63,904 nucleotides of DNA, filler included, from Octopus bimaculoides (GCF_001194135.2; 5 parts of 5 records of this genome joined end to end with filler, not necessarily neighbours in it), one strand, 5' to 3'; shown: positions 37,975-52,130, counted from the whole stretch's first letter. A program made the numbers and translations. The notes: generated from the letters alone by a model not told the origin.

Positions 37975-40075
37975 ACAATACTCATTATGAATGATAATGG
38001 TAATACAGCTAGCAACTATAGGCCAATCACTTGCTTACCATTAGTGTGCATGCTGTTAACAGGAATGTTTTCAGAAAGTATTTACGAGCACCTTGACAAC
38101 CAGAATTTACTACCGGAAGAACAGGAAGGTTGCAGGAAGAAGGCTAGAGGAATGCATGATCTATTATACATAAACAAAGCAGTTCTAAATGAAATAAAAC
38201 CTACAAAGAAAAGTCTAACAATAGCATGGATAGATTACAGGAAAGCCTATGACATGATCCCATGCTATTAGATAGCTGAAAGTTTGAGTATATTCAGTAT
38301 AGCAGACAACATAAGAGAATAAATTAGCTTTAGCATGAAGAAATGGAAAGTAGATCTCTACTCAAGTGACACAGTCTTAAGGAAAGTTAATATCAACAGA
38401 AGAATTTTTCAGGGGTACTCGTTGTTCCCTTTAATATTTGTCTTATGTTTGATCCTCTTCAATTTCGTATTAAGGAAGGCAAAGGCAGGGTGTCAGTTCA
38501 GAAATAGTAATGGAAAAATTAATCGTTTGCTGTACATGGATGATCTGAAGCTTTTTAGTAAAAACGAAAAAGTGATAAATTCCTTAATACAGACTGTAAG
38601 ACTCTTCAGCAAAGATATAGGCATGAAATTTGGCATAGGTAAGTGTGCAATATTAGTCATGAGAAGAGCAGGTGGTCAACAGCGAAGGCATCCAATTACC
38701 AGATGGGCAGACATTAAAATCATTGAAAGGAGGAGAGAGAGTTATAAGTATCTAGGAGTATTAGAGTCTGACAGAGTACTAACTACAGAAATGAAAACGA
38801 AAAATGAAAAGGAGTACATCAGAAGGTTAAGGAAACTAATCAAATCAAGACTAATCTAGTGAAGGCTGTAAATACTTTGGGAGTATCACTACTTAGATAC
38901 TCAGCAGCTTTTGTTGACTGGACAAAACTGAATTAGCAAAATTAGACAAAAAAAAACTAAGAAAGAATTCAATATGAATGGAGACCCCACCCAAGGGCAG
39001 GAATAGCAAGATTATACCTACCTAGAAAGGAAGACGGAAGAGGGTTAATATCAGTAGAAGTCTGTGTGGAGTTATCTAGAGTAGATATAGACTATGTAGG
39101 TAATAGTGAAGAAAGTTTATTAAAAGCTGCTAGATTCACAGCAAGACATAGGGACAACAAAACACCAAATGAACTTAAAAGCCAGAAAAGAGAACACGTT
39201 ATCTGACTGGCAGGAGAAAGCAATGCATTGTAGATTTCCAGATATAGTTTCAGTGATATATGGTTATGGTTGCAGAAAGGGAAGCTTACAAGGGAGACAA
39301 AAAGTTTGTTAGTAGCTGCTCAAGATCAAACATTAAGGACTAATTGGATAAAAAAAAAAGATAGACAAAAACCAAGTAGATTCCCAGTGTAGGTTATGCA
39401 AATCAAAAGAGGAACGAGTTACTCTTTATAGTAAGTGAATGTAGCATGCTGGAACAGAGAGAATTCAAGAAAAGGCATGACAACCTAGGGAGAGAAATCC
39501 ACTTGAATCTATTTAGAAATATAGGATTTGAACATACTGGTAAATGGCATGAACATGAACCTAGCACAGTACTAGAAAGTAAGAAATAAAAGATGCTGTG
39601 GGACTTTAACATTCAAACTGATAGAGTAATATAATCTAGAAGGCCTGATTTGGTAGTAGTAGATAAAGACAATAGAAAGTGCAAGATAATTGACTTTACC
39701 GTCCCAAATGATGAAAAAGTTAATATGAGAATTAAAGAAAAAATAGTAAAATACCAGGACCTAGCTATTGATTTACAGAGACTATGGGAAGTGCGGGTAA
39801 AATGCATGGCAGCAGTTATAGGTGCATTGCGAACTATCGCTAAAGATTTGAATAGATGGATAGAGGAAATAGGCATAAAACCCAGTTTAGTACAGCACCA
39901 GAAAACAGTGTTATTAGGGACAGCTATGATACTTAGGAGTATTCTTAGCTGCTAAGGTTACTTGCTGTAACCTAATAAGAGGGTTCTTAGCATTTAAGGC
40001 CCGATGTTAGGATTCTTTTCTTTTTTAACAGTCTAAACTTTTGAGTGCATTATGAGTAATTGTAATAACAATAAT
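37975..40075 (+). mobile_element. R4/Dong-like non-LTR retrotransposon (RT + CCHC + RLE), 5'-truncated and degenerate
   Basis: SNYRPITCL, AWIDYRKAYD, IFQGYSLFPLIF, LLYMDDLKLF, YKYLG, CRLC..RHD, WDFNIQTD..RRPDLVVVDK..IIDFTVP..EKIVKYQDL (PD..D..K endonuclease). Confidence 0.92.
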
Positions 40076-40529
40076 AATGATATTAACAATGGTTTCAAAT
40101 TTTGGCACAAGGCCAGCAAGTTAGGGACAGGGGATTAGTCAATTATATTCACCCTTCCAAACTAAACATATCTTCAAACATTTCACTCAATACATTATCT
40201 TGAGAATTGCAACTTCCTGTCACATTATTTGCTTGAGTTTATCAAACACACAGACATCAGTGTACAGAATTTCAAAGCCACAAATCAGCTGCATGGACCC
40301 ACCAATTTGGAAGTGCATAAATAGAACGTGGACAGCAGTCTTTCTCCTTCAAATTAAATGAGAAAATAAAAAAAAAACTACAGTTGACATTAGAAATGAA
40401 AATATTCCATAGAAATTTAACATAAAGACAAACCATCGAAGAGCAGACAACAGATCTGGCATGATTTTCACAGACGTTCATGAAAATAAAAATAATATTA
40501 ATAATTCAGATTTCAATATTTAATCATTG

Positions 40530-40770
40530 TCGTGCAGAAACGGGGTGACAGACTTAGAAACTGTACTTGAATTCTCCGGTAGAAAACATTATGCTATGTA
40601 ATAAATGCCATTATTCTAATTGTTAAGGCTACAACGGAAATAGTAAACAATGACTTTTGTGAAGACATTGCCAGGTTAGTTATACTTTGAGACATAGTCA
40701 CGTTCCAGAGAATATGATACAAGAGGTTGTAAGTAGTAGAGACCATTCTCACAAAGCATTTATAAACCTT
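40530..40770 (-). pseudogene. Ig-like exon remnant
   Basis: MLCENGLYYLQPLVSYSLERDYVSKYN*PGNVFTKVIVYYFRCSLNN*NNGIYYIA*CFLPENSSTVSKSV (B-strand C, NGxYY[C], G strand). Confidence 0.3.
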
Positions 40771-40886
40771 GAATATATTTTGTGATATAAGAAATGAAAT
40801 CCTTAATAATAATAATAATGAAAATAATAATAATAATAATAATAATAATGATAATAATAATAACAACAACAACAACAACAGCAGCA

Positions 40887-40950
<64 letters not shown>

Positions 40951-41800
40951 NNNNNNNNNNNNNNNNNNNNNNNNNNNNNNNNNNNNNNNNNNNNNNNNNN
41001 NNNNNNNNNNNNNNNNNNNNNNNNNNNNNNNNNNNNNNNNNNNNNNNNNNNNNNNNNNNNNNNNNNNNNNNNNNNNNNNNNNNNNNNNNNNNNNNNNNNN
41101 NNNNNNNNNNNNNNNNNNNNNNNNNNNNNNNNNNNNNNNNNNNNNNNNNNNNNNNNNNNNNNNNNNNNNNNNNNNNNNNNNNNNNNNNNNNNNNNNNNNN
41201 NNNNNNNNNNNNNNNNNNNNNNNNNNNNNNNNNNNNNNNNNNNNNNNNNNNNNNNNNNNNNNNNNNNNNNNNNNNNNNNNNNNNNNNNNNNNNNNNNNNN
41301 NNNNNNNNNNNNNNNNNNNNNNNNNNNNNNNNNNNNNNNNNNNNNNNNNNNNNNNNNNNNNNNNNNNNNNNNNNNNNNNNNNNNNNNNNNNNNNNNNNNN
41401 NNNNNNNNNNNNNNNNNNNNNNNNNNNNNNNNNNNNNNNNNNNNNNNNNNNNNNNNNNNNNNNNNNNNNNNNNNNNNNNNNNNNNNNNNNNNNNNNNNNN
41501 NNNNNNNNNNNNNNNNNNNNNNNNNNNNNNNNNNNNNNNNNNNNNNNNNNNNNNNNNNNNNNNNNNNNNNNNNNNNNNNNNNNNNNNNNNNNNNNNNNNN
41601 NNNNNNNNNNNNNNNNNNNNNNNNNNNNNNNNNNNNNNNNNNNNNNNNNNNNNNNNNNNNNNNNNNNNNNNNNNNNNNNNNNNNNNNNNNNNNNNNNNNN
41701 NNNNNNNNNNNNNNNNNNNNNNNNNNNNNNNNNNNNNNNNNNNNNNNNNNNNNNNNNNNNNNNNNNNNNNNNNNNNNNNNNNNNNNNNNNNNNNNNNNNN

Positions 41801-42115
41801 GAACAACTTTCAAAATACAAAGACCTGGAAATAGAGGTAACTCGAATGTGGAATCTAAAAACAGAAACAATTCCTATCATAGTATGTGCCTTAGGTATAA
41901 TAAAAAAAATATTCAGACAAATACATAACAAAAACACCAGGACTTACAAATATATATAACATACAGAAAATTGCACTACTGGGCACTGCACACATCCTAC
42001 GCAAAACACTTTCAATACAGTAACCATAAGAGCATCACAGTAAACCACAGCACATACTCAAGGCACACAGAGCTGCGCTCGGTAGTGAAGTGAAAGCACG
42101 TCATAAAAATAAAAC
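41801..42115 (+). mobile_element. R4/Dong-like LINE 3' end, copy 2
   Basis: KYKDLEIEVTRMWNLKTETIPIIV.ALG..QKIALLGTAHILRKTLSIQ*, then 3' UTR and (TAA)n. Confidence 0.85.
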
Positions 42116-42123
42116 TACTAAAC

Positions 42124-42152
<29 letters not shown>

Positions 42153-42156
<4 letters not shown>

Positions 42157-43012
42157 AAGCATGGAAGGAAAAATATACAGTCAGTTTGTAAGAGATGTGG
42201 ACGCCAAGACAGATAGAGAGAACCGGAGGCTTTGAATGGGGATGAGTGACATGGAGATAGAGACAGAAGTACTTACATGCGTAGCTTAAGAACGAGCGTT
42301 CAAGACCAACTATGTGAACTGCAGAATACACAACACTACCGACAGCGACAAATGCAGAATGTGTGATGAGAAAGGTGAAACAGTAAGGCACAACGTCAGC
42401 ATGTACCGGAAATGGGAGCAACGCGAATACAAAATACACCATGACAATGTGGCAAGAATGATCCATTGGAAGCTCTATGGAAATCACGGCCTACAATGAG
42501 CCAAGACGTAACTTGAGCAAACCTCAGAACGAGTCACTGGGAATGAGAATTGCAAAATCCTGTGGGATGCATTGATTCAGTGCGATCACCTGACCAGACA
42601 TCGGAAACCGGACATTGTTGTGGAGAAAAAAAAGAAAGAACATGTATGATAATTGACATAGCATGTCCCGGTGACAACAGAATCAATGTGAAAGAAGAAG
42701 AAAAAATAAACAACTATGACGATATGAAGTGGGAAATACAAAGGTTATGGTTAATTAGGAGAGTATACTTGATACCTATAGTAACTGGTGCACTTGGAAG
42801 AATCAGCAATCAACTGCCAACATGGCTGAAAAAGATTGATGCAAATATAAAAGTAGAACACCTACAAAAATCAGCATTGCTTGGAATTGCAAGAATCTTT
42901 CGCAGGGTTCTTGAAGTATGACCAGTAAAGAAGTGTCTATAGTCTGCTGGCTGTGGACAGCTGACACTTTTCCATCAAACCCAGCAAACAAGCTGAGTTT
43001 TCATCACACAGT
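42153..43012 (+). mobile_element. R4/Dong-like LINE 3' fragment, copy 3
   Basis: KCRMCDEKGETV.H..EYKIHHDNVARMIHW, RKPDIVV..CMIIDIACPGD..KINNYDDMKWEIQRLW..QKSALLGIARIFRRVL. Confidence 0.9.
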
Positions 43013-43342
43013 AATAATAATTTTGGGAAACATGGGTGTTTCGTTCAACATCCTTAATCAAACCTTTATTCAGGGACCTTTTGAGCAAGATGGGCTACCC
43101 GACCTAAAGAAAATTCTAGCTTAGCTCCACCTGCAAGTTCATGCACTGTTTCCCTTGATAAGAGATCACCATGTTGCGCACATATGGCTGTGATGCATGT
43201 GCCTGGTGTACCCTTATCAGACGGGTTGTCGTGAAGGGTATACTGGGCTTCGTATATTTTACCCCAGTGTCACTTTGATGGCATCCACTGCTCTCTCATC
43301 ATCAATAATACTACTACTAATAATAATAATAATAACAACAAC

Positions 43343-43483
<141 letters not shown>

Positions 43484-43829
43484 TAATACTATAAAATAGT
43501 TGATTTATGAGTTACACACACTCACTACTATGCAATACCCCTCCAGAAACACAATTATAAACTCATATTTTATATACCCAACAACATGTATCATAGAAGG
43601 CCGATACCCAAGAGGAGAACACAACCTAAGCTGTACAAACAACACACAATATAAAAACTAACACAGCAGAAGACTCAAACCAAACCCCATAACAAAACGT
43701 GCTGATACAATACAATATCGCCCACCCCGCACACCCAAAAAATATGCTATACACACCACCCCCACCAGCATAAAGGTGCAACAAATGATGCAATAGAAAG
43801 TTGCTTGAAACTTTCAGATGCTGAAAAAT

Positions 43830-44510
43830 AATAGTGGTGATGACAATGGTGACGAACGTTACCTTACCTCAGATTATGACAGACAGGTATTTCCGAAGAA
43901 ACTATGGTTGTAACAGCGAAAACGAAGCTGGACATTTAAAGGAAGGCCTCTCGCTCGTCAGTGGATCGGTAAAGATGCAGACTGGCCACAGCTGTTATCC
44001 TAACACAGCATCAACAGATATTAGAGCAAAGAGGAGGAAGTGAACCAGCGAAGAAAACAGGATAGTGATGCAGTGCTACTTAGAAAGTGAACCTAAAAGA
44101 AGGGGCTATAGAAAACGGATGTTAACACTTTGGGCAAAGAAGGGTATGTTTAAAGTGACTGAGCCTCTGCTCAGCCATCAAGCTAATGTGGACGTCAGAA
44201 TTGGAGGTAGAAGAGATTGAAGAAATCGATAGAAGACGAGGTAAGTGATGGTAATGAACCTTAAAAGCGATGTTGATAGAGTGTGAACCTTTAGCAGCTG
44301 CTATTAGAAATAGCAACATCATGCCCAGTGTAAAATTTAACACACAGCTGACATTGTAACAGTTGGTAAATTGATGAGGAAAACCAAGATCATAGATATT
44401 GCCATACCTAGGGATGCGCGAGTGGATGGCAAAAAACTGGAAAAGACTGAGTTGTACAAACCGCTAAGAAATGAGATTGCACAAATGTAGGCTATGAAGA
44501 AAGTAACTGA
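43830..44510 (+). mobile_element. Internally deleted R4/Dong-like element (N-terminus joined to RLE region)
   Basis: ENRIVMQCYLESEPKRRGYRKRM (N-terminus), then IIDIAIPRDARVDGKKLEKTELYKPLRNEIAQM. Confidence 0.65.
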
Positions 44511-44519
44511 CATCCTCGT

Positions 44520-44615
44520 AGGAGAGGTTAAGTCGATTATTTCGACCCCAGTACTCAGTTGGTACTTATTTTCTCGACCCCGAAAGGATGAAAGTTAATT
44601 TCAGTGGAATTTGAA
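44520..44615 (-). mobile_element. SINE family D fragment
   Basis: AAGTCGATTATTTCGACCCCAGTACTCAGTTGGTACTTATTTTCTCGACCCCGAAAGGATGAAAG. Confidence 0.8.
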
Positions 44616-44893
44616 CGCAATAATAATGATGATGACGACGACGACGACGACGAGAAGAAGAAGAAGAAGAAGAAGAAGAAGAAGAAGCTATTAATCACAA
44701 CGTTTCATGTAAATCTGATGGAACTCCACTGTCATTTTGTTCAACCCACCCACACCCCAGGGTGGGATGCGAATCATCTATAAATATAATTTGTCTTCGT
44801 GTGATTTTGAGTACTGAAAACTCATAGAATATTTTATGAGAATACGAACAAGTGAAACTTGTAAACAGATTTATGTTATTCGTGTATCTTTCA

Positions 44894-44965
<72 letters not shown>

Positions 44966-45234
44966 GAAATAAAGAAAATACTTTGGCATCGTTAGTAACT
45001 TGTATACTGACTACAAGAAAAACATCGAAATGTCAAACCGCGTAAGTTATATCCACATAACTTGAAACTAACACCACGAGTTACAAGAAATTCTGTTAAA
45101 AATAAGATAAACCACAAAATGAGACGATGACTTCAGCATTATCATAATTATAATCATAATACTATCGACGCCTAGAAGCAGCCGACAAGGAAGACGCTAC
45201 GTGATTGTGCGACTTGCTATGTATAGCAACCAAA

Positions 45235-45485
45235 TCTTGCGTGTGGTCTTGTGGTTAGAGTGTTACACTCACGATCCCAAGATTGTGTTTTCGAGTCTGT
45301 GACCGGGTAGTGCATTGTGTTCTTGAGCAAAACACTTCATTTTAATGTTGCTCTAGTCTACTTAGCTGTAAATGGATAACTTTGCGACGGACTGGCGTCC
45401 CTTTCAAAGGATTTGTTGTGATCTTGGTGACTTATGCGCCATGGAAACCGAATAACCGGCCATATGAGTCCTTGGACTCAAGACA
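45235..45485 (+). mobile_element. SINE family C copy
   Basis: GTGGTCTTGTGGTTAGAGTG..TGTTCTTGAGCAAAACACTTC..GACGGACTGGCGTCCC, matches 35800-36047 reversed. Confidence 0.75.
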
Positions 45486-46155
45486 GTGGTGGCGGTGGCG
45501 GTGGCGGTGGGGTGGGGTATCGGCCGGTGGTGGCGGTGGTGGTGGTGGTGGAGGCGGTCGTGGTGGCGGCGGTCGTGTTGGCGGCGGTGGCTGTCTCGGA
45601 GTCTATGATATTGCTCAATCTAGTCCAGGCCCAACTGAGACAAAACAACTACGGCAACAATATTACGCAATTTGATTGACAGCAGTCTCCAAAGAATGTT
45701 GGCTGTAGGGGAACCTACGGCCAAGTCCCTTAAACTCCTTGCATACTGAACCAGATTGTTAAAATAAATGGATACATTAGATAATGAAGTCCTGGAAAAT
45801 ATAACTAGGTTAATGAAGAACTTCCTCTACCATGGCAGTAATTTGGCGGAGACGTTTAAGCGTCGGTCAGAATTCGTTGCAATATTTGTTCCAATTTGCT
45901 GAGATCAAGTCCTTCCAAGGTTGACATTGCTTGTCATTTTTTTCGAGGTTCATAAAAATGCGGTAATACAATGAGGTGGATTGACGATACTTCAAGAAGG
46001 TCAGATCCAATGCCTTGCATTCTGAGTTCAAATCTCGCTGTTACCTACAAAGAGTTAATATGACACTTTTGGAGTCTTTAGTAGAGTTCATGCTATCGCA
46101 AACTTTAAGACGACGTTTACATTCTAACGACATGTCTTTCCCGCCCTTCTACCAG

Positions 46156-46187
46156 TTTCGGACACTACCTTCCCTCTTGACTAAAAG
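46156..46187 (+). CDS. Small exon candidate (FRTLPSLLTK, 32 nt)
   Basis: gtctttcccgcccttctaccag| polypyrimidine acceptor and |gtaaaa donor; only phase 0->2 is open. Confidence 0.2.
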
Positions 46188-46946
46188 GTAAAATATAAAA
46201 TGCTGTACCCTCTGCGGACATACAATCTTCTGACGATAAATTTAAAATCCTACATATTGAACATCAACATTGTCTCTTCAGTAATGCTGAGATGGTCATC
46301 ACTAGAATAAGCAACCAATCATAAGTTCTTTTGGCTCAACTATTCTCTATCTAGAAGAATTTAGTTTTAGATAAACCTGACAGGGGATGCTACTAAGCAG
46401 CAACACTACCACCACTACTTCCAGCAGTAGCAGCAATAACCAGTGTAGAATCAGCGACAGCAGCGGCAACAACAGTAAAAACAACAACATCTACTACAAT
46501 AAAAGCTCTGTCATTCTACGTTCGCTAACACCAACAACAAGATTAGCAAAAACAACAAACACAGCACCAAAGACAGCAGTTTGACCCCATGTTTGTTGTT
46601 GCAAGCTTTGCAGCTTTAACTATCTAAATACACGCCATGTTTTCCTAACACAGCTGTCTGCCATTTTGGTTTCATCACTTTCCACGTCTCTTTCCTCTCG
46701 ATAAATTTACTCCTGCTCTTTCTTCATCTACCTCCTCACATTCGAATTATTCATTGCTTTTTCCTTTCTTCCTTCCTTTCTTTCTCTCTTTCTTTCCATC
46801 TTCCTTCCTTTCTTTCTTTCTTTCTTTCTCTTCTTTCTTTCTTTTTCCCATATTTTTTTTAGTTTTCGCTCTTTCTTACTGTGTTTTGCTTCTTCTGCGT
46901 AAACTTTTGTACGAACGTGCATTATGCCTCTTTATGTACCTGTGAT

Positions 46947-46992
<46 letters not shown>

Positions 46993-48344
46993 NNNNNNNN
47001 NNNNNNNNNNNNNNNNNNNNNNNNNNNNNNNNNNNNNNNNNNNNNNNNNNNNNNNNNNNNNNNNNNNNNNNNNNNNNNNNNNNNNNNNNNNNNNNNNNNN
47101 NNNNNNNNNNNNNNNNNNNNNNNNNNNNNNNNNNNNNNNNNNNNNNNNNNNNNNNNNNNNNNNNNNNNNNNNNNNNNNNNNNNNNNNNNNNNNNNNNNNN
47201 NNNNNNNNNNNNNNNNNNNNNNNNNNNNNNNNNNNNNNNNNNNNNNNNNNNNNNNNNNNNNNNNNNNNNNNNNNNNNNNNNNNNNNNNNNNNNNNNNNNN
47301 NNNNNNNNNNNNNNNNNNNNNNNNNNNNNNNNNNNNNNNNNNNNNNNNNNNNNNNNNNNNNNNNNNNNNNNNNNNNNNNNNNNNNNNNNNNNNNNNNNNN
47401 NNNNNNNNNNNNNNNNNNNNNNNNNNNNNNNNNNNNNNNNNNNNNNNNNNNNNNNNNNNNNNNNNNNNNNNNNNNNNNNNNNNNNNNNNNNNNNNNNNNN
47501 NNNNNNNNNNNNNNATATATCAAAATAAGCAAAAAGGATATCCAGAGGTAATGCAGTACAATCGTTTCATGCAACTGCATTTAGTTGAACAATGTAATCA
47601 TTACATCAATTTAAAATGCAGAGCAATCTTCAGCTGCACAAAGACATAAAATTTAATTAAATTAGAACAGATGGACACATTAGTGTAATAATACCTAAAA
47701 TCTCCCAGATGTTAGGGAGACAGACAGAGAACATCTTGCTTTAGCCACACCATATATATATAGATATATGTATATGCTAGCAAATGCACCCGTCCTTTGG
47801 ACGGTATAATTTATTATAATGGTGCACTCCTGTGGACGGTTTAAGTTGAATTAGCCCACAGTTAGTAGTCGTTTCAAGTCGATAAGCGTAAAATGTATAA
47901 TTACCATTTACGTTAGCAGTTTATGATATGGTATTAATGAATAAGTTTTTTTGAACACAAATTTGGCCTTTAGTAATAAATGAAAGTCCGTGAAATGAGA
48001 TCGCAATTGCTGTAGGTATTAAGGATTCTATATCTTGAAGCGTTTTGTATCATGTACTTATTTTTCTCGTAATGCCTGACACAACCGTATTGAAGCTTTT
48101 CTTCAATGAAAGTCATGTATGATAAAGAAAAACAAACATTTATAACAAACACACAAAATGAATAATGGCATGTACAAAAATAAGTGTCAGAGCATGCTTA
48201 TGAACGAACAGCGTGCGTGAAGTAAGAAGGGTCATTGTTATCAGCAATCAAGGAAATGAAGCAAAATATCGATGAAATACTTGCAGGATGTCTGATTGCT
48301 AACGGCTACAGTTTAGCGTTGGTGTGAAGATTGCAGTAGAGGAA

Positions 48345-50760
48345 TAACTACTGTAGGGCCGCATTGTAGACGACATTTTTGGTTTTTCCCTCAGAAGCAT
48401 AAATGAATAAGTTGTCTGGATGATCAACTCTAAAACAACCGACGTAGAACTGTCCATGTGAAAAGCACGATGTTTGAAGGTCCAATCTGACAGCTTTCAG
48501 TAACTGACCTTGTGCTTTGTTAATTGTCATGGCGAAGCTGAGTTTGAGCGGGAACTGAAGTCTCTGCAGGGGTAGGCGCAGTCTGTTCGGTGTAGCGGAA
48601 TTTTCGAAATAAAAACGGTATCGTTTTTGCCATGTCCTGTGATAGTTTGGGCTTCAATGACATGGGTCATTATTTGTTTGACCGCAAGGCGAGTTCTATT
48701 GCATAGTATAGGTGCATTTAGATTGCGTAGGAGGATGGCAGGGCAACCGACTTTTAAGTGAAGTTCATGGAGAGGGAGTCCTGGAGGATCTTAGGAGTTG
48801 AGAAATTCTGTTGGAAAGTGTGTAACCTGATCAAGGTCAGTAAGGATGTCAACTGATGTGTAACAACGTTCTTGAGAAGGTAGCTGACTGAGTAAGTCGT
48901 AGTTAAGAGCGTTGACAGCTACAATTGTAGGTTCAAGAACAGCCCTAAGTCAATCTGGTTTTATGTATTCTGTTGTAAGATTTGGTTAAACGGCAGAACA
49001 TAAGTCATCAGGGCTGGAGACAGATGGCCAATGGTGGTAGTGTCAATGTATCCGTTATTGTCGGACATAATTTGTCTATTGCTGATTTTTAGGAGCATTT
49101 CCGAAAACTGAGTTGTAGGCTGAGCATTCTGTATGAGTGATCTCATGTTGATGGTGAGTTGTTTCGATTGGGCATGCGACCAAAGGAGGGATTTTTAAGG
49201 CAGACACTAAGTTCATCAGCGGGTGTTCCTTTGGGTATAATACGCAGAGTTTGTCGAAAATCTCCTGCAAGAAGTAGAGTCGCACCTCCAATGATGTTGA
49301 TGTTCGATCTAAGGTCTCTCAATGTGGTATCAAGTGCTTGTAGGGAACATTTAGAGCACATAGCTGCTTCATCCCAAACAAATGAGCTTGCACTTTTTCA
49401 AAATTGTCGCTTCGCCCAAAGAATGCATTATGTGGCACGTTGGGCTTTTTTGATGTGCTACATTGTAGAGAAGAGTCGAGGCTATTCCTGAGGAGACAAC
49501 AGCAATAGCAAGGTCACCATTATGCCGCAACTTTGCAAGAAGAAGATTCAGGAGGCATGTTTTTCCAGTTCCACCGGATGCGTCTAAGAAGATGATTCCG
49601 CCAGTGTGTGTGTGAATGTTTGCGAGGACAAAATTGTATACGTCATCTTGATCGGAATTCAGAAGGAGGTTGTTGTCAGCAATGTACTGTTTTAGTCTGT
49701 GGATATTGTAGGGTGTTTCTCTAAAAACGAGGCGATTGGGACAGGTGACTTCATTTCTATCTAGAGTGTTGAGAGAATAAGCGTCTAATCATTGACTTCC
49801 AATTGTCATAACCAAGTCTTCCAAGAGAAGAAGCCCTCTGTTGTAAATGGCAGAGGTAGTGGGAGTGTCAATGCTACCTGTGATTTAGCAAGTCTACAGC
49901 AAAATATCATGACACATTGAGTCTTTGTATTTATTCCAAAGTAAATGTGCGTTTGTCAGGTTGCAGAAAACCAGCATTATTGCAAAAAGGTGTCGGAGCT
50001 TGTGCGGAGAACGACACAGAGAGGCCTCTTCGGGTGCATTATCATATTGATCATCTGTATCCAAAAATCTGTTTGGAGCAGGCATCTTTGAAAGTGCCGC
50101 ATAAGTGGCCGTCCACTGTGCAAAGGTCGTCGAGGTTGGTCCCTTAATGACATGAAGTAAGAGCTGCAGAGGGAAGCATTCAGAGTTCAAGAGGTGAACT
50201 GTGTAGACGCGTCCGATTGTGTCGCCTTTGTACACGGCTAGATCCAATTGCATAGGTCGAACCTTGTTTTCGTCGTTGCGATTGGGAAGATGATTGATTC
50301 CATGTATAATAATGTAGCACTTCAGCATACAAAATAGACTTTGCGATGGGGTCGACTTTGCATAGGTGAAAGAGGGTTGTATGAGTGGTCTTTGGCGGAG
50401 CAACTGCTTGTTGAATGAAGTTGTCTCCTGTGAAGTAAATTCGCTGCCTATTTTCCAAATGAACGCTGAGATGAATCATATGGGGATATCGTTCTTAAAC
50501 TGTGAATCCTAAGGTTCTGCATATATAGCTTCATTGGTGGATATGTAGCGTCCAGTTTCTAAAAAGTCACTTTTGTGAAATCTGTTGATCGTGTAGATTT
50601 TATTTGAAAAACGGCTCTGTCCTTTGGTAATATACTTGCATACGTAACGTATGGATTTGACAGAATTACAGAATTCTACGTTGAAGTGTGCATGAAATGT
50701 TTTGCAGAGCATCTTGTCGGGTACAACCCACCGAGTGTCAATCAAAAAAGTTTAGCGAGG
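48345..50760 (-). mobile_element. Helitron RepHel (Rep + Pif1 helicase) fragment, degenerate
   Basis: WVVP..FHAHFNVEFCNSVKSIRYVCKYITKG, LSVHLENRQRIYF, FLDASGGTGK (Walker A), LLAGDFRQTL, MTINKAQGQ..CFSHGQFYVG..RV. Confidence 0.92.
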
Positions 50761-51054
50761 GAGTTCATATGTAACAATCAATTTGTGAATATTACTTTGC
50801 AAAGAGTTACCTCCCTTGTTCACAATAGCTACCGTCCATCAGAAATGGAGGTTTTTCTGACCCTTTCGTTAGAAGCCGCTTTACTCCACATTACTCCATA
50901 AGCGAAACCTTCAAAGAGTGTAGAACCATCTGTGGAACATAAGTGATGTATTGCTAAGCCTGAACGAAATCGGATGAAAAATACTAATTTTACGTGGGAT
51001 CAGTGTAATGGTTGGTCACATACACGCACATACGCACACACATCTTCCGTCTCT

Positions 51055-51091
<37 letters not shown>

Positions 51092-51668
51092 GTAAGTATG
51101 TATGTATGTTCGTATGCATGCATGTATGCACGCATGTATGAGTGTTCGTGACAGCGATTGTGTGTGTGTTTATATATTTGTATCTGAGTATCTAACATGT
51201 TTGCGCATGAGAGCCACGACTTATAAATTTATATATTCATACATACATACATACATCATTCACATATACAGTTGCACTAAACTCATGTGAGAGTATAGCT
51301 ACGGTAACTCGACCTGCTAAAAATATCAGCCAAATTTCACTAATATTAACAATCTATAACTACATAATAGTAACAACAACAACAACAACAACAACAGCGG
51401 CAGCAGTAGAACCAACAATGACAGTAGCAAGAAACATGTGAAAGAGTAACCATAATAATAGCTACGACCATAAAGATACTGAACGAAATTCTAAATTCTA
51501 GGACAGCTATATTGTATCATTGTTGAATACATCTATCGGCAGAAAGATAGACAAACGCAACGAAATGCTTAGGCTATGTCACAAATATGCTATCTAATTA
51601 AAAAATAATCGTTGGGACCCGTTGTAAAAGTGCACGAAGCTCTTGTGCATAAGCTCTTTTTTGTATAG

Positions 51669-51716
51669 TTTAGACAAAGGCAGCGTCCATGAACTTTAAT
51701 CGAGGCCACCAAGATG
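51669..51716 (+). other. Candidate start-codon exon (MNFNRGHQD)
   Basis: ctctttttttgtatag| acceptor and |gtaaga donor; ATG at 51689; phase-1 end compatible with the acceptor at 51818. Confidence 0.25.
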
Positions 51717-51818
51717 GTAAGATGGTTCGTCGTAAAGTTATTGTGGTTAATATATCGTCGGCATATTAATCACAATGTTTTGTTTCTTTGTTCATGTTAA
51801 CGCTAAATACATTGTTAG

Positions 51819-52130
51819 ATATTACTGGAAAATTCTATTACCAGAGTAAATATGTTACATCTCAATAAAATTGAAAAAGAAATTCAAAGACAGAAATTTC
51901 CATCCAACCATCAAGAAACCTTCAAAATTCTTGGAAAAGGAACAATCAAGAGATGAACTAATAAACAATCACAGCATCGCTAGTGTAGAAATTCCACATC
52001 GCAAAAAGAAATACAAAAACAGTATCACGAGAATTCACCATATTATCAAGGAATATCAGCAGCGTTGTCTACAATTTGACTTTTTAAATAGCTTCTTTTT
52101 TCTGCAATACGAAAACAAAGCACATCATCA
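51819..52130 (+). pseudogene. Ig-like exon remnant with possible transmembrane tail
   Basis: ..EISIQPSRNLQNSWKRNNQEM (C-strand W context), INNHSIASVEIPH, and a downstream hydrophobic ISAALSTI*LF; multiple stops. Confidence 0.25.

Noticed and set aside
45382-45679. Gly-rich ORF (GGGGGRGGGG)
   Set aside because: It arises from a (GGT/GGC)n microsatellite at the tail of a SINE C copy, with no splice or codon support.
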